Positions 41,701 through 53,700 of a DNA stretch of 64,000 nucleotides are shown here, one piece after another. Position numbers and translations under genes: made by a program. The DNA is taken from NCBI GenBank assembly GCA_037379345.1, contig CM074514.1, forward strand, positions 16,988,001-17,052,000, given 5' to 3'. Numbering within the stretch: position 1 is the stretch's first letter; every line of letters starts with the position of its first letter. This DNA comes from Perna viridis (Eukaryota). Below the pieces are notes generated by a model, which searched no databases, was not told the origin of the DNA, and was given only the letters and a program-made list of their open reading frames with translations.

Positions 41701-44700
41701 TCTGAAAAGTTCAAGTTTTACCCCAAAAATTTATCGAAGTCTGACCATTGTGGTATAAAATATTGTGGAAAACAATATCAAAGACATTCCTATGATTTTA
41801 GTGGAGCTATATAGCTAAATTCAATGAAAAGCCCTTTTTGGCCCCTTATTCTAAAACAGTTTGGGCCATAAGCCCAAGAATCCACATCAACCTTCCTTTT
41901 GTGGTTTATAAGTTGTTATAAAATTTAACAAAGATCAACCAACTGTTACTCAAGTTATCGCACCAAAACCTAAAGTCTATGGACAACAGCGTCATACCAA
42001 TATACAACTACAAATTCAAAACTTGCAGTTGTATAAAAATGATGTCATCAGCACCTTGATCATAAATTGTTAAGTTTTTGTAATAAAGCACATGCTACTT
42101 TTTTTTTGTTCTAAGTCCCTTAACTCAGAAATGAAATTTGGAAAACAAAGAAAAATTGAAGGGGGCTTTCTCCTACAGAAAACTTAATACTTATCATTAT
42201 TCTTCATGGTACTGGTAGTTTTTAGTTTAAGTACAATATGGGGACAAATATATTCTACAATACTAGTTATGTCTGACAAAAAATCAAAAAGTAACCCAAC
42301 AATGAAAAATTGAATAGGAAATTAACGCCCACAGACCTGCTCATCCGTAAAGTGTATCAAATAAAATGTATCATGCTTACCTTTACATGTAGGTACTGAT
42401 GAGTTCCAGAAAGCATTGGGTGTTTCTTCAGTTGACCTCTTCTGTCTCTGATTGGTAGAATGAACACCAGGAAAGATTTGTTTACTTCTGTCTAACACTG
42501 GTTTGAAAGACCAGGCTGATCTTCTTCTTCTTCCGTCTGTAAAGATATGGTCAAAGTTTTATTTAAAATTGGATCCGTATAATTTATTCACTACAAAGAA
42601 AAAGTAAAATGTTTTCAATACACAAAACTGATCAACCGCCATATACAAATGTCTGTCTCCATAAAATTATTGATACATTTCAAAATTAGTGAAATTGCGT
42701 TAAAGTGTCTTCAAATTAACTCCACATGCAGTTTATTGGTAATGGTTTATACAGCCTGCATGAAAAGGGAATTGTAAACTTTTATCATACACTTAGATAT
42801 AACAATCTTCAGACTATAACAAACTCTTTAGAAAGTAGAAAATTTACTTTTCTGGTCAGATTAATGCTAGTCATACTGAAAGATTAAGCATATTAAGGAC
42901 TTCACATGTTCTGGAGGTATGACGTAAAAGAATCAAGAGAACATTTTCCAATATAACTTCTCAAATGTAAGATATCAGCTACACTACAGCACAAAGAAAA
43001 TACAAGCACAATACACTATCTACAATGTATACCAATAAAAAAGATCTGTCTTTTATTATAATATATACAATCCACCATTCTAAATATACCTATATAGAGA
43101 ATTAGTATTATAAAACACCAAACCCTTGCAGGTTCGGGTGTCAAAAGAATAGGCCTGCAGCAGCGCTCAGCTTGTCGTAAAAGGCGACTAAATAGTGCTC
43201 AGGAACCTAGCCGGGGGCGAGGCGCTCTGCCCACAGAGCAACTGGGATGTGTGCCCCAGGTGGTGGAATGGGGTACCCCTGGCATGTTACATGCTGGGGT
43301 TGTCAGGCTATAATACCGAAAACCTGACCGCAAACCATAGTGGTGCACCGTGTTGGGAAAGATGTCACGTTCCTCGCACGTTAAAGAACCCTGCTGTGGT
43401 ATTCGATAGGAGTAGGAGCCTTTGCGCTCCGCCACAGGAGGCAAAATTGCCCGACCTTACCCATCCCCCTTTTTCTAGTGGCAATCAAAATTTGTTGACC
43501 CTTTTGTCCTTGTGTCCCATCCTTTTTTGTATTTCATCATCATTTTATGTTTATTTGATCATCCATTTCATGTTCATCGTCTGAATATAGCTGAAATATT
43601 GCTGCTTGGACGTTAAACCCCAACAAACAAACAAACAAACATAAAACACCAGAACTGACTACATGTACTGTGGGATGTGATTGGATTGGTGATTTCAAGT
43701 GTCAACAGATTTATTGAATCACCAAAACTAAAGGGCTGTATAAGGCATACTAAAGTACTAACTTGTATTAGCTTAAACATGGTTAATCTAGCTTCTTCAA
43801 AAGGAACCAATCATAACTCAAATTTGCAATATTTGATACGATTGTGATATTACAGCTAGTTGAAATAGACCAGTTCTGATTTCAATACTAATTTAAGTAG
43901 GCCAGTGAGTAATTTAAATAGCTCTCTAGGTAGAAATCTGCCCTACATTCTACCATTGTGTCTTACTTAAATACCACAGAACACCAGTGTGATCTTTAAG
44001 ACACTGTCTTTTAAGTTTGAATTGCTGTCAATTATGAATAGGGTTGGTTTAGATTTTAGAAGTAAAGGGAAGTATTGCCCCACATAACAGCAATTTTTTT
44101 AGTTATATCATGTTATTTTAATGGTTTGAATGGTAATTAAGCTATGTCATTTTGCTATAGAATGCCTCACTAATGGTTAATTTGTTATGAAGCTGGAGAT
44201 CAATGTATATGGTTTGTGTAGGGATACCTTGGAACTCAATTAAGATAGTGACTTCATTGCAGTGTGACTCCAGACAACAGTACAAACATTTTGTAGAGTA
44301 ATTTGTTGGTTCACATTTAAAGCTTGATTTGAGCCTAAGACATTCATCTGTGTCAATACACTTCTTTGTTATAGCAGCTTTCTTTTTGTTGTAATAGACT
44401 TCAGTTGAACAAGATGCACCCTACATAGCAAAACATGTCTATATCAAACTGCTTCAAATTGCCATCAACAAAAACTAGTATTGCTCAAAAACAATATAAA
44501 TCACCTTTAATATTAAATTCATTAAAACTATTTTCATGTAAAATAGAGACTAATAGACTGACAAATGGATAAATACCAAATAAACAGTAATAACATATTT
44601 ATTATTGCTTGATTTATCAATTTGATTTCCTCCATAATAATAACTTGAATACACAAGTATTTATTAATAGGAATATAAGTTATGTTTTTTTTAAAGTTAA

Positions 44701-47700
44701 TTAAAATTCAAACTTCTTATATATTTTGTTTTTCATTAACCTTAAGGATATAGAAAAAAGAGAAATAACCTGGTTACATTGCCGTGTTTGTACATTACAA
44801 CTAGGATCATCTTTTCCTTTACTACATACATAACAAGAAGGTGCAGGAATTACACCTACTGTTGTAGCTGATGTGGTTGATGCCTCAGAGGTTGTGTCAG
44901 ACAAAAGAGTTGTAGGTAAGGTACTATATGTATATTCTATTTTTTTAGTAGTTGATTCAGGTACAGTCATAGCTGAAGATGTTAGTGAGTTAGTAAACAA
45001 AGATGACATTTCAGTTGCCATCTTTTTGGTCTTCTCTTCAGATGAAATTATAGTGGATGTCGGAATGTGGGTAGATATTTTCATAGTAGTTTCAGCCCAG
45101 GTTGTTTCTTTTATGGTAGTTTCAGGCAAGGTCATTATTTCCGTGATGGATGTTATTTCTGTGGTAGTTCCAGGCAAGGTTGTTATTTCTGTGGTAGTTT
45201 CAGGCAAGGTTGTTATTTTTGAGGTAGTTTCAGGCAAGATTGTTATTTCTTTGATCATTTCAGACAAGGCAGTTATGTCTGTGGCAGTTTCAGGAAAGGT
45301 TGTTATTTCTTTGGTAGTTTCAGGCAAGGTTGTTTTTTCTGAGGTAGTTTGAGGCATAGTTGTGATTTTTGTGGTTGTTTCTGCCATATTAGTTATTTTT
45401 TGGCTGGTTTCAGGCACAATGGTAATTTCTTTGGTAGTGTCAGGCAAGGTTGCAATTTTTGATACTGTTAATGGTAAGCTTATCATGATATCTGTGGATT
45501 TTTCTAACAAAGTTATTGCATTCTTAGTTTCAGGTACAGTTGTTGTCTCATACAAAGCCTGAGATATAGTAGTTGTTCCAGTGGTAGCTCCAAGCATAGT
45601 AAATATTTCTGTTGTACTTTCAGGCAAAGTTGTTGTATCTGCTGTAGTTTTAGGTATAGTTGTTGTTTCTGAGAGAGTTTCAAGCATAGTTGTTTCTGTT
45701 GTAGTTTCAGGAAAAAGGGTAGTTTTTGTTGTAGTTTCAGCTATATATGTTGTTCCTGTAACAGGTTCATATATAGGTGTTGTTTTTGTCATAGTTTCAG
45801 GTAGTATTGTTGATTCTGCTGTAGGTTTCTGTATAGTTGTTGTGTCTGTTGTAGTTTCTGACATAGCTGTTGATTTTGTTGTTATTCCAGGCATAGTTGT
45901 TGTATCTGTTGTAGTTTCAGGCATATATGTTGTTTCTGTTGTTGTTCCAGGCACAGTTGTTGTTTTTGTGGTAGTTCCAGGCATAGTTGTTGCTTCTGTT
46001 GTAGTTTCAGACATAGTTATAGTTTCTGTTTTAGTTTCAGGCATAGTCATTGCTTCTGTTGCTAACCCAGGCATAGGTGTTGTTTCTATTGTAGTTTCAG
46101 GCATAGTTGTTGTTTTTGTTGTAGTTTCAGGCATATATGTTGTTTCTGTCATAGTTTCAGGCAAAGTTGTTGTTTCTGTTGTTGTTTTTTGTATAGTTGA
46201 TGTTCCTATTGCAGTTTCAGTTATAATTACTGTTTCTGGTGTAGTTTTAGACATAGTTGTTGCTTCTGCTGTAGTTTCAGACATAGTTATTGTTTCTATT
46301 TTAGTTTCAGACATAGTTGCTGTTTCTGTTGTAGTTCCAGGCATAGTTATTGTTTTTGTGGTAGTTTTAGGCATAGTCGTTGCTTCTGTTGAAATTCCAG
46401 GCATACTTGTTTTTTTTCTTGTAGTTTCAGTCACATAAGTTGTCGATTTTGTTGTAGTTCCAGGTATAGATGTTGTTTCTGATGTAGTTCTGGGTGTAGT
46501 TGTTGTTTTTGATGTAAATTCAGGCATAGTAATTGTTTCTGTTGAAGTTTCAGGCATACTTGTTGTTTCTGTTGTAGTTCCAGGCATAGTTCTTGTTTCT
46601 ATTTTAGTTTCAGGCATAGTCGTTGCTTCTGTTGAAATTCCAGGCATAGTTGTTGATTTTGTTGTAGTTTCAGGCAAAGTTGTTGTTTTTCTTGTAGTTT
46701 CAGTCACATAAGTTGTTTTTGTGGTAGTTCCAGGCATACTTGTTGTTATTGTTGTAGTTTCAGGCAAAGTTGCTTGTGTTACTGTTTTCTGTATAGTTGA
46801 TGTACCTATAGGCATAGTTGATGCGTCTGTTGAAATTCCAGGTATAGCTGTCGTTTTTGTTGTAGTTCCAGGTATAGATGTTGTTTCTGATGTAGTTCTG
46901 GGTGTAGTTGTTGTTTTTGATGTAAATTCAGGCATAGTAATTGTTTCTGTTGAAGTTTCAGGCATACTTGTTGTTTCTGTTGTAGTTCCAGGCATAGTTA
47001 TTGTTTCTATTTTAGTTTCAGGCATAGTTGCTGCTTCTGTTGTAGTTCCAGGCATAGTTGTTGTTTTTGTTGTAGTTCCAGACATAGATGTTTCTGTTTT
47101 AGTATTAGGCGTAGTTGTTGCTTCTGCAGTAGTTTTTTGTATAGTTATTGTTTCTGTAGTAATTTCAGGCAAAATAGTTGTTTCTGATGTAATGTCAGGA
47201 ATATTTGTTAACTTTGTTGCAGTTTCAGATACTGTTATTATTTTAGTAGTTTTTGGCAAAGTTGTTGTTTCTAATAAAGATTTTGGAATGGTTGTTATTC
47301 CTGTTAGATGTGTGGTTGTTTCTGGGAAGTTTGTATTTTTGCTGGTTGGTTTAAGAAGAGTTGTTATTTCTGTGATGATTCCAGTCAGGGGTTGTATATT
47401 TGTGGTAATTTCAGGAATAGTTGTTATATCATTGTCTATTTCAGGCAAAGAGGTAACCACTGTAGTTTCAAAAGATTTTGCTGTTATTTTTATGGTAGTT
47501 TCATGCATTGTTGGTATTTGTGTTGTAGTTTCATGCACTGTTGGTATTTGTGTTGTAGTTTCATGCACTGTTGGAATTTGTGTGGTAGTTTCATGCATTG
47601 GTGTTATTTTTGAGGTAGTTTCATGCATTGTTGGTATTAATGAGGTTGTTTCAGGCAATGCTGGTATTTGTGTTGTAGTTTCATGCAATGCTGGTATTTG

Positions 47701-50700
47701 TGTCGCAGTTTCATGCATTGTTGGTATTTTTGTGGTAGTTTTAGGCAAAGGTTCAAATGAATATGGTGTTACAATATCTGTATCACTAGTGAATTCATAT
47801 ATAGTTTCTGTAAAAGGATTTAGTGTTGTTAATGAAGTTTGTGTATCATTTTCATATTTTTCAGAGTGAATTGTACTGCAATCAGTGACATTTAGTGAAA
47901 ATGTTAAGTTTTCTGACCAGCCAATTAATATTGTCATCACAATCTCTGAAACAGAAAGTAAACAGTCCTTACAACACATCCAATCATGCAGAATATAAGG
48001 AAAATCATAATACTTGTAGCAGTCAACAAACACATGCATGCTGAACAAGGAGCAGAAAAGTTATATTTAAAGCAAATCATTTCAACTCAAAACAAAACAT
48101 GCATTAGATAAAGATTACAGATTTTCACTGCAAATTTGCATCTTTACAGAACACTTTTATCATTGAAAGGAATTTCATATCAGAACTCACTTCTTTGCAA
48201 AAACAAATAATTGTCCTTGTCCTGCTTATAGTCAAATTTGTATACTGGATTCAGCTGCTTAAAAAAACAGTTGAAGATCACATGAAATCTTCATCCTGCT
48301 TCAAACTAACCAACAAAGTACCTAAACTATGAAAACAGTGCATGCACTCACCAAATTTTGTGTGTACTATCTAAAATGAGCAAAGCAATGAGAAATTTCC
48401 ATAACACACAGACAGACATACTCATACCTAGACTGACACATTGCAGTACTCCCTGGTCCCAGGTTTTGTTGTCAGGACAGAGGTAATACCCCTTGAAAAC
48501 AGGCATTGATACACTTGGATTCCCTGACCCACATTGACCTATGGTGTCGGCACGTATCTGGTTCATCTTGTTGTTGAAAAATTGTTTAATTTCACTAGTG
48601 ACAATATCACCACATCGTTGTAGCCCTCCAATAAGGTTTACATCCAGGCTACTCAACACATAACCAAGAGTTATGTTGAACTGAAATATTAATATCATAC
48701 AGTGCACGTACTATATGGGTGGTTAACATATCAATTACTTCTATCTGAAACTATGTTGATGTTCAAGTATGAAGTTCAGACCATCATGGCATATATGTAT
48801 ATCAAGATTCTTCATGTGATGATATTTTAAAGTAAAAAAATGACTGTTATATTTTCTTTTTCACCAAATATGTTCTGGCCGCAAAAGGTTAAAAAATAAC
48901 TCAAGTCAGAGAACATTCTTAACTTCCAGGGTAACTCCAATCAAAGCCTTTGAAAACTAAAGATGTTACCAACAGTTAAGAATTTTCTCAGACTTAATTA
49001 ATTTTTGTTTTCAAGTTTTGTGGCACTGGAGTCTGATGTATAAACTACAAATCCTATATATCTACCAATTTACTTGTTACAGATACACATGTACTAAAAT
49101 ATTGATCATACTGACATAAAAAATAAAACTGGGACAAAAAGGTATAAAACATATAAATACAATCTTTACTACTTACTGCTTCATATGTTTGTAGATATGA
49201 AGAACTAATACTGCCATTAAGCTGTATGATAACATTGGATTGACACTTTGGTGAGGATGTGTAATGTAGAATGTAATCTTTGGATGTGTTTTCTAAAGCT
49301 GACATCAGTGCTTGCAGGCAAGTGTCACTGCTTGGTGCTGACCAACTATACAACAGCTTTAATGGTACAAAATACTTAACTCTGTCTTCTGCAATGATAT
49401 ACATAAGATAAAAAATCCTCTGAAAAATTTGAAATGTTTATACTAGTAGTTTCTCTATGTATACAAGGAAAAATATCTATACATTCTGGTTTCCTCCATT
49501 ACAAATGAATTTATTAGACTGATGGTATGAGAACACAATTAATTTTTGTAGTGCATTTCAACAAACCCATTTTGACATATAAAAAAATTCCACTGCTTCA
49601 AACTCAATAAAACCTCACCAAAATGGAAACATGTATAGAAGCAGATTTCTATAAGAGTGCCAGAAAAATTTACTATCATTTTTTATTATTAGCACCTATG
49701 CTTCGGAGACACTGTAGACATGAAAAGTGACCACAGCAAAATATCCTAAACTTTTGACCTTCTTCCACAGGATCAAATCACAACTTCCACATGAAATTAC
49801 AGAATGAAAATAATCCCTTTTAAATTTGATCCTTGCTCTATATTTCTGTAGCAAATACAAAGCAATAAAGTTTAAGACAACAAAGAAAAAAAATCAGGAG
49901 GAAACACACAAAACAAGAGGCTCCAAGCATCCTGAATCACTCGCCTCGTTAAAGTTTGTCTTTCAAGGGCAATAAATTTAACAAGGAGTTGTCCAATAAT
50001 TTTGACTCAAGGAGACTTTGGTAGGACTTATCATAAGGATCTTTTTGGCAATTGGAAGTATCTTTCTATCTCAAAAAACTGTAAAAAAAACATTTTTCAT
50101 CTTTCATAGGCAATAGCTCTTACAAGGAGTCATCTGACAACTTTGATCCCACAAGACTTTTGAAGGCCTTATCATAAGGATCATTTCAGCAATTGAAAGA
50201 GTTTGGCTAAACTTAATGGTTTTGGAGATATATGTGAAAAACTACTGTCTGACCCCTATGTTCTATTTTTAGTAACAGTGGTCATGTTTTTTTACCGATA
50301 AAAATCTCTACATCAGTTCTATGCAGGATACCCCAAGGAACATTCAAACCAAGTTTGGTTCAAATTGGTCATGTAGTGTCAGGAGGCTCCAAGCATCCTG
50401 AATCGCTCGCCTGGTTAAAGTTTGTCTTTCAAGGGTAATAAATTTAACAAGGAGATGTCGTACAATTTTGACTCAAGAAGAGTTTGGTAGGACTTATCAT
50501 AAGGATCATTTCAGCAAATGAAAGTTTCTGTCTATCTATTATAGGTTTCAAGATATTGGCTGAAAACTAAAAAAAAAATTTCATCTTCAAGGGCAATAAC
50601 TCTGACAAGGAGTCGCCTGACAACTTTGATCCCTGAAGACTTTTGAAAGCCTTATAATAGGGATCATTTCAGGAATGGAAAGAGTTTGGCTAAACCTAAC

Positions 50701-53700
50701 GGTTTTGAGATATATGCAAAAAAATACTGTCTGATCCCTATGTTTTATTTTTAGTAATGAGGGGCCATGTTTTTTGATGGATCAAAAATCCCAACAACAG
50801 TTCAATACAGGATATCACAATGAACATTCATACCAAGTTTGGTTTCAATTGGTCAAATAGTGTCAGAGGAGAAGATTTTTGAAAGAAATAACATTAAAAA
50901 TAGCAAAAATCATTGAAAAAGGGCAATATCTCCAACATGGCTTAGGTCTCACTAACCACTTCTAACGTTTCCATTACATGTTAAAAAAGTAATTTTCAAA
51001 GTCTCACTGTGAATTCCCAGGACAAATGACATCTTAAAGTTGCATACGGTTGCGAAGCTTGGAAAATAAGGCTTCCAAAATCATTATGCTAATGGTACGA
51101 TGATAGTAGAAATTCTTCACAAAATTTACTTGAATAAATAATACTGAAAATCCACATTTTTACCTGTTCTGCTAACTGACAGCATGGAGGCAAATTACTC
51201 ACACATGTAAACAATATTCATACACTTTTGTAGTTAATTACATATATGATTTTAAAGTACACATTCTCAGCTTCATTTTGACTACTTTTAATCATAATAC
51301 ACACAAATAATGCACTTACAATGCATATGTCTAGGTTCAGTGTGTTTTGGTACTACATAGGGGGTGGCCATTTGACCCGAAGTGGTTAGTGAGACCTTAA
51401 CAGATTAAAACCAAAATTTAATCAGAGATAGATCTCATTATGCTGAACATTTTTATCCCCATGTCAGAATTTAGCTAAATGTAACGGTTTTGGAGATATA
51501 TGTGAAAAACTACTGTTTGACCCCCTATGTTCTATTTTTAGTAATGGCAGCCATGTTTTTCCACGAATCAAAAATCCCCGCATCAGTTCTATGCAGAATA
51601 CCCCAAGGAATATTTATACCAAGTTTGGTTCTAATCAGTCAAGTAGTTTCAGAGGAGAAGAGTTTTGTACAATTATCACCGACAACGATAAACGAAGACA
51701 ACGGTTGATGACAACGACAGACGCCAAGTGATGGCAATAGCTCACATGGCCTTTGGCCAGGTGAGCTAAAAAGAAAGGCAAATGGCTTGGTTTCTGACAG
51801 GTGGATAAACAGGTGGAAACACAAGCGTAAAGCATTTAACTCTGTTTCTTTAGAAGCAGTGGTAGAAGTACAGGCTTACCTTTAAGACATAAAAACTGTG
51901 ATGTTTCCTCATACCCAGTTGAACAATTGTATGTGAAATTACTGATAAAATTGGAGCTTTTTAGTTGTGGAACACTGCACAATGAGCCATTGGTTGATGA
52001 GAGATTACTTCGGCCAATTATGACATTATTACTGATGTCCATAAACATTCCACTATAGTGACCAATACATACATTGTAGCTGTTCATTACAACTCGAGAG
52101 GAGACAGCAAACATCTTTACCTTAATAAGCACATCCAACTGAAAAATAAATACCATGCAATGTACAAGAGTTTTACAAAACTGTATATTCTAAAAAGCCA
52201 TCAGGATTCTTTATCTTGACTTCTACGAAGTCTTTCTGTCAAATTAAAACTGCCTTAAACTTGAATCAAATGGAATTTGGGTAAAGACAAAGAGATCAAA
52301 TATTAAAACTGCTTTCCTGAATATCAAAAAACTTTTGGCAACCAGATAAAACGGTTTCTATTTTCTTGATTATTCATCCTATTCATATCCCCTCCCTAAT
52401 ACTGTGAACATATTAATTTTTGCAGTTGCTAATTTTTGTGAGTATCAATTTTTAAAGTTAAAAAAATGATTAGTGTACATAGTGTCAAAAAAACAATTTC
52501 GACAGTACCATTTTTGTCCCTTTCAGTCCACCTTGAAAATAGCAAAAATTAGTACAGTGTGAAATTTAATACATTCCATACAAAGACACATTGATAAAAT
52601 TGATTGATTTATATTTTTTTCAAAATTTTGATTATGTTCTAATACAGAAAAATATGGGAAAATTTCCTGCCAGTTTTAAACTATAATCAGTCAAACAATA
52701 TTTCGAGATATATAAGAGATCCCAAATATTTTTTGATCGGAAATCCTTTGGCAGGCCTCATAGAAACTGTATTAAAAAATAAAAGTGCAAATAATAGTTG
52801 CCCACAGGAGATATTAACACCTGGATTTTGGTTATGTTCTACTGCAAAAAAAGTACAGAAAAAACTTCCCACCAGAAGTTTTACACTATAACCAATCAAA
52901 AAATATTTCACGATAAGTAGCAGATCCAAGGACATAAATATAGGAAGAGTTGTTTTTAGGACCTAAGAAATGTATTTATACGGTTTCATCAATAATCTTA
53001 AGATATGATGAAACACCCCTTACCTGGTTTTTAGGCAGAACCATACTTAATTATACATAGTTTTGCTACATATATACATTGTATTGCCATTGACAAAGAC
53101 TGAAAATGAAGCCAGCTCTGCAGAAAATCAGCAATTCTTGGACAGAATTACTTGATATTACTTGAAGCTGCCATTTACCCAGTACAAAGAAGATACATTC
53201 ACAGTCTACTTACATGACATTGTGGACACATTCACAGAGTCTATTTACATGATATTGTGTACACATTCACAGAGTATACTTACATGACATTGTGGACACA
53301 TTCACAGAGTCTACTTACAAGACATTGTGGACACATTCACAGAGTCTACTTACAAGACATTGTGGACAATTTAGAAAGAGAAAATCACTTTAATATAGGT
53401 GATAGACTTTATAAACATAAATGTATAATATCAAACTGAAGACAAAAGAAATATCTAGCTAGAGGCACTGTCTTATACTCACAGTTGTAGAACGAAGAGA
53501 GAGTACCACATCATCTGGTTTACTGTCTATCCCATACAAACTTGTATAAACATCTTCGCAGTGGCTCTGCACATCAGAATTCTTCTTATCATTAAGCACT
53601 AATGTCTGGTTCCAAAGTAGGGATATCAAAGTTTTTTGGTACTCTGACTTACAGAAATCAGGATCTTTAGCATAGGCTTTGTAAAACTGAAGTTTCATGG

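Noticed and set aside
42395-42412. Hammerhead-like CTGATGA...GAAA (also CTGACGA...GAAAC at ~17852)
   Set aside because: No convincing flanking helices; the first is simply the antisense of codons for AFWNSSV
43613-44030. Possible missing sushi exons (ORF 43613..43810; RQCLKD segment near 43970-44025)
   Set aside because: No phase-1 acceptor/donor pair giving an open, Cys-patterned frame
44873-47869. Long + strand Val-rich ORFs (also 495..735, 60357..61904)
   Set aside because: Antisense shadows of Thr- or Gln-rich coding repeats on the - strand
53195-53370. 35-bp repeat containing GTAAGT on the - strand near the donor at 53482
   Set aside because: Similarity to the exon end is too weak to count as a junction-derived array; the same applies to 35310-35600 and 27442-27908
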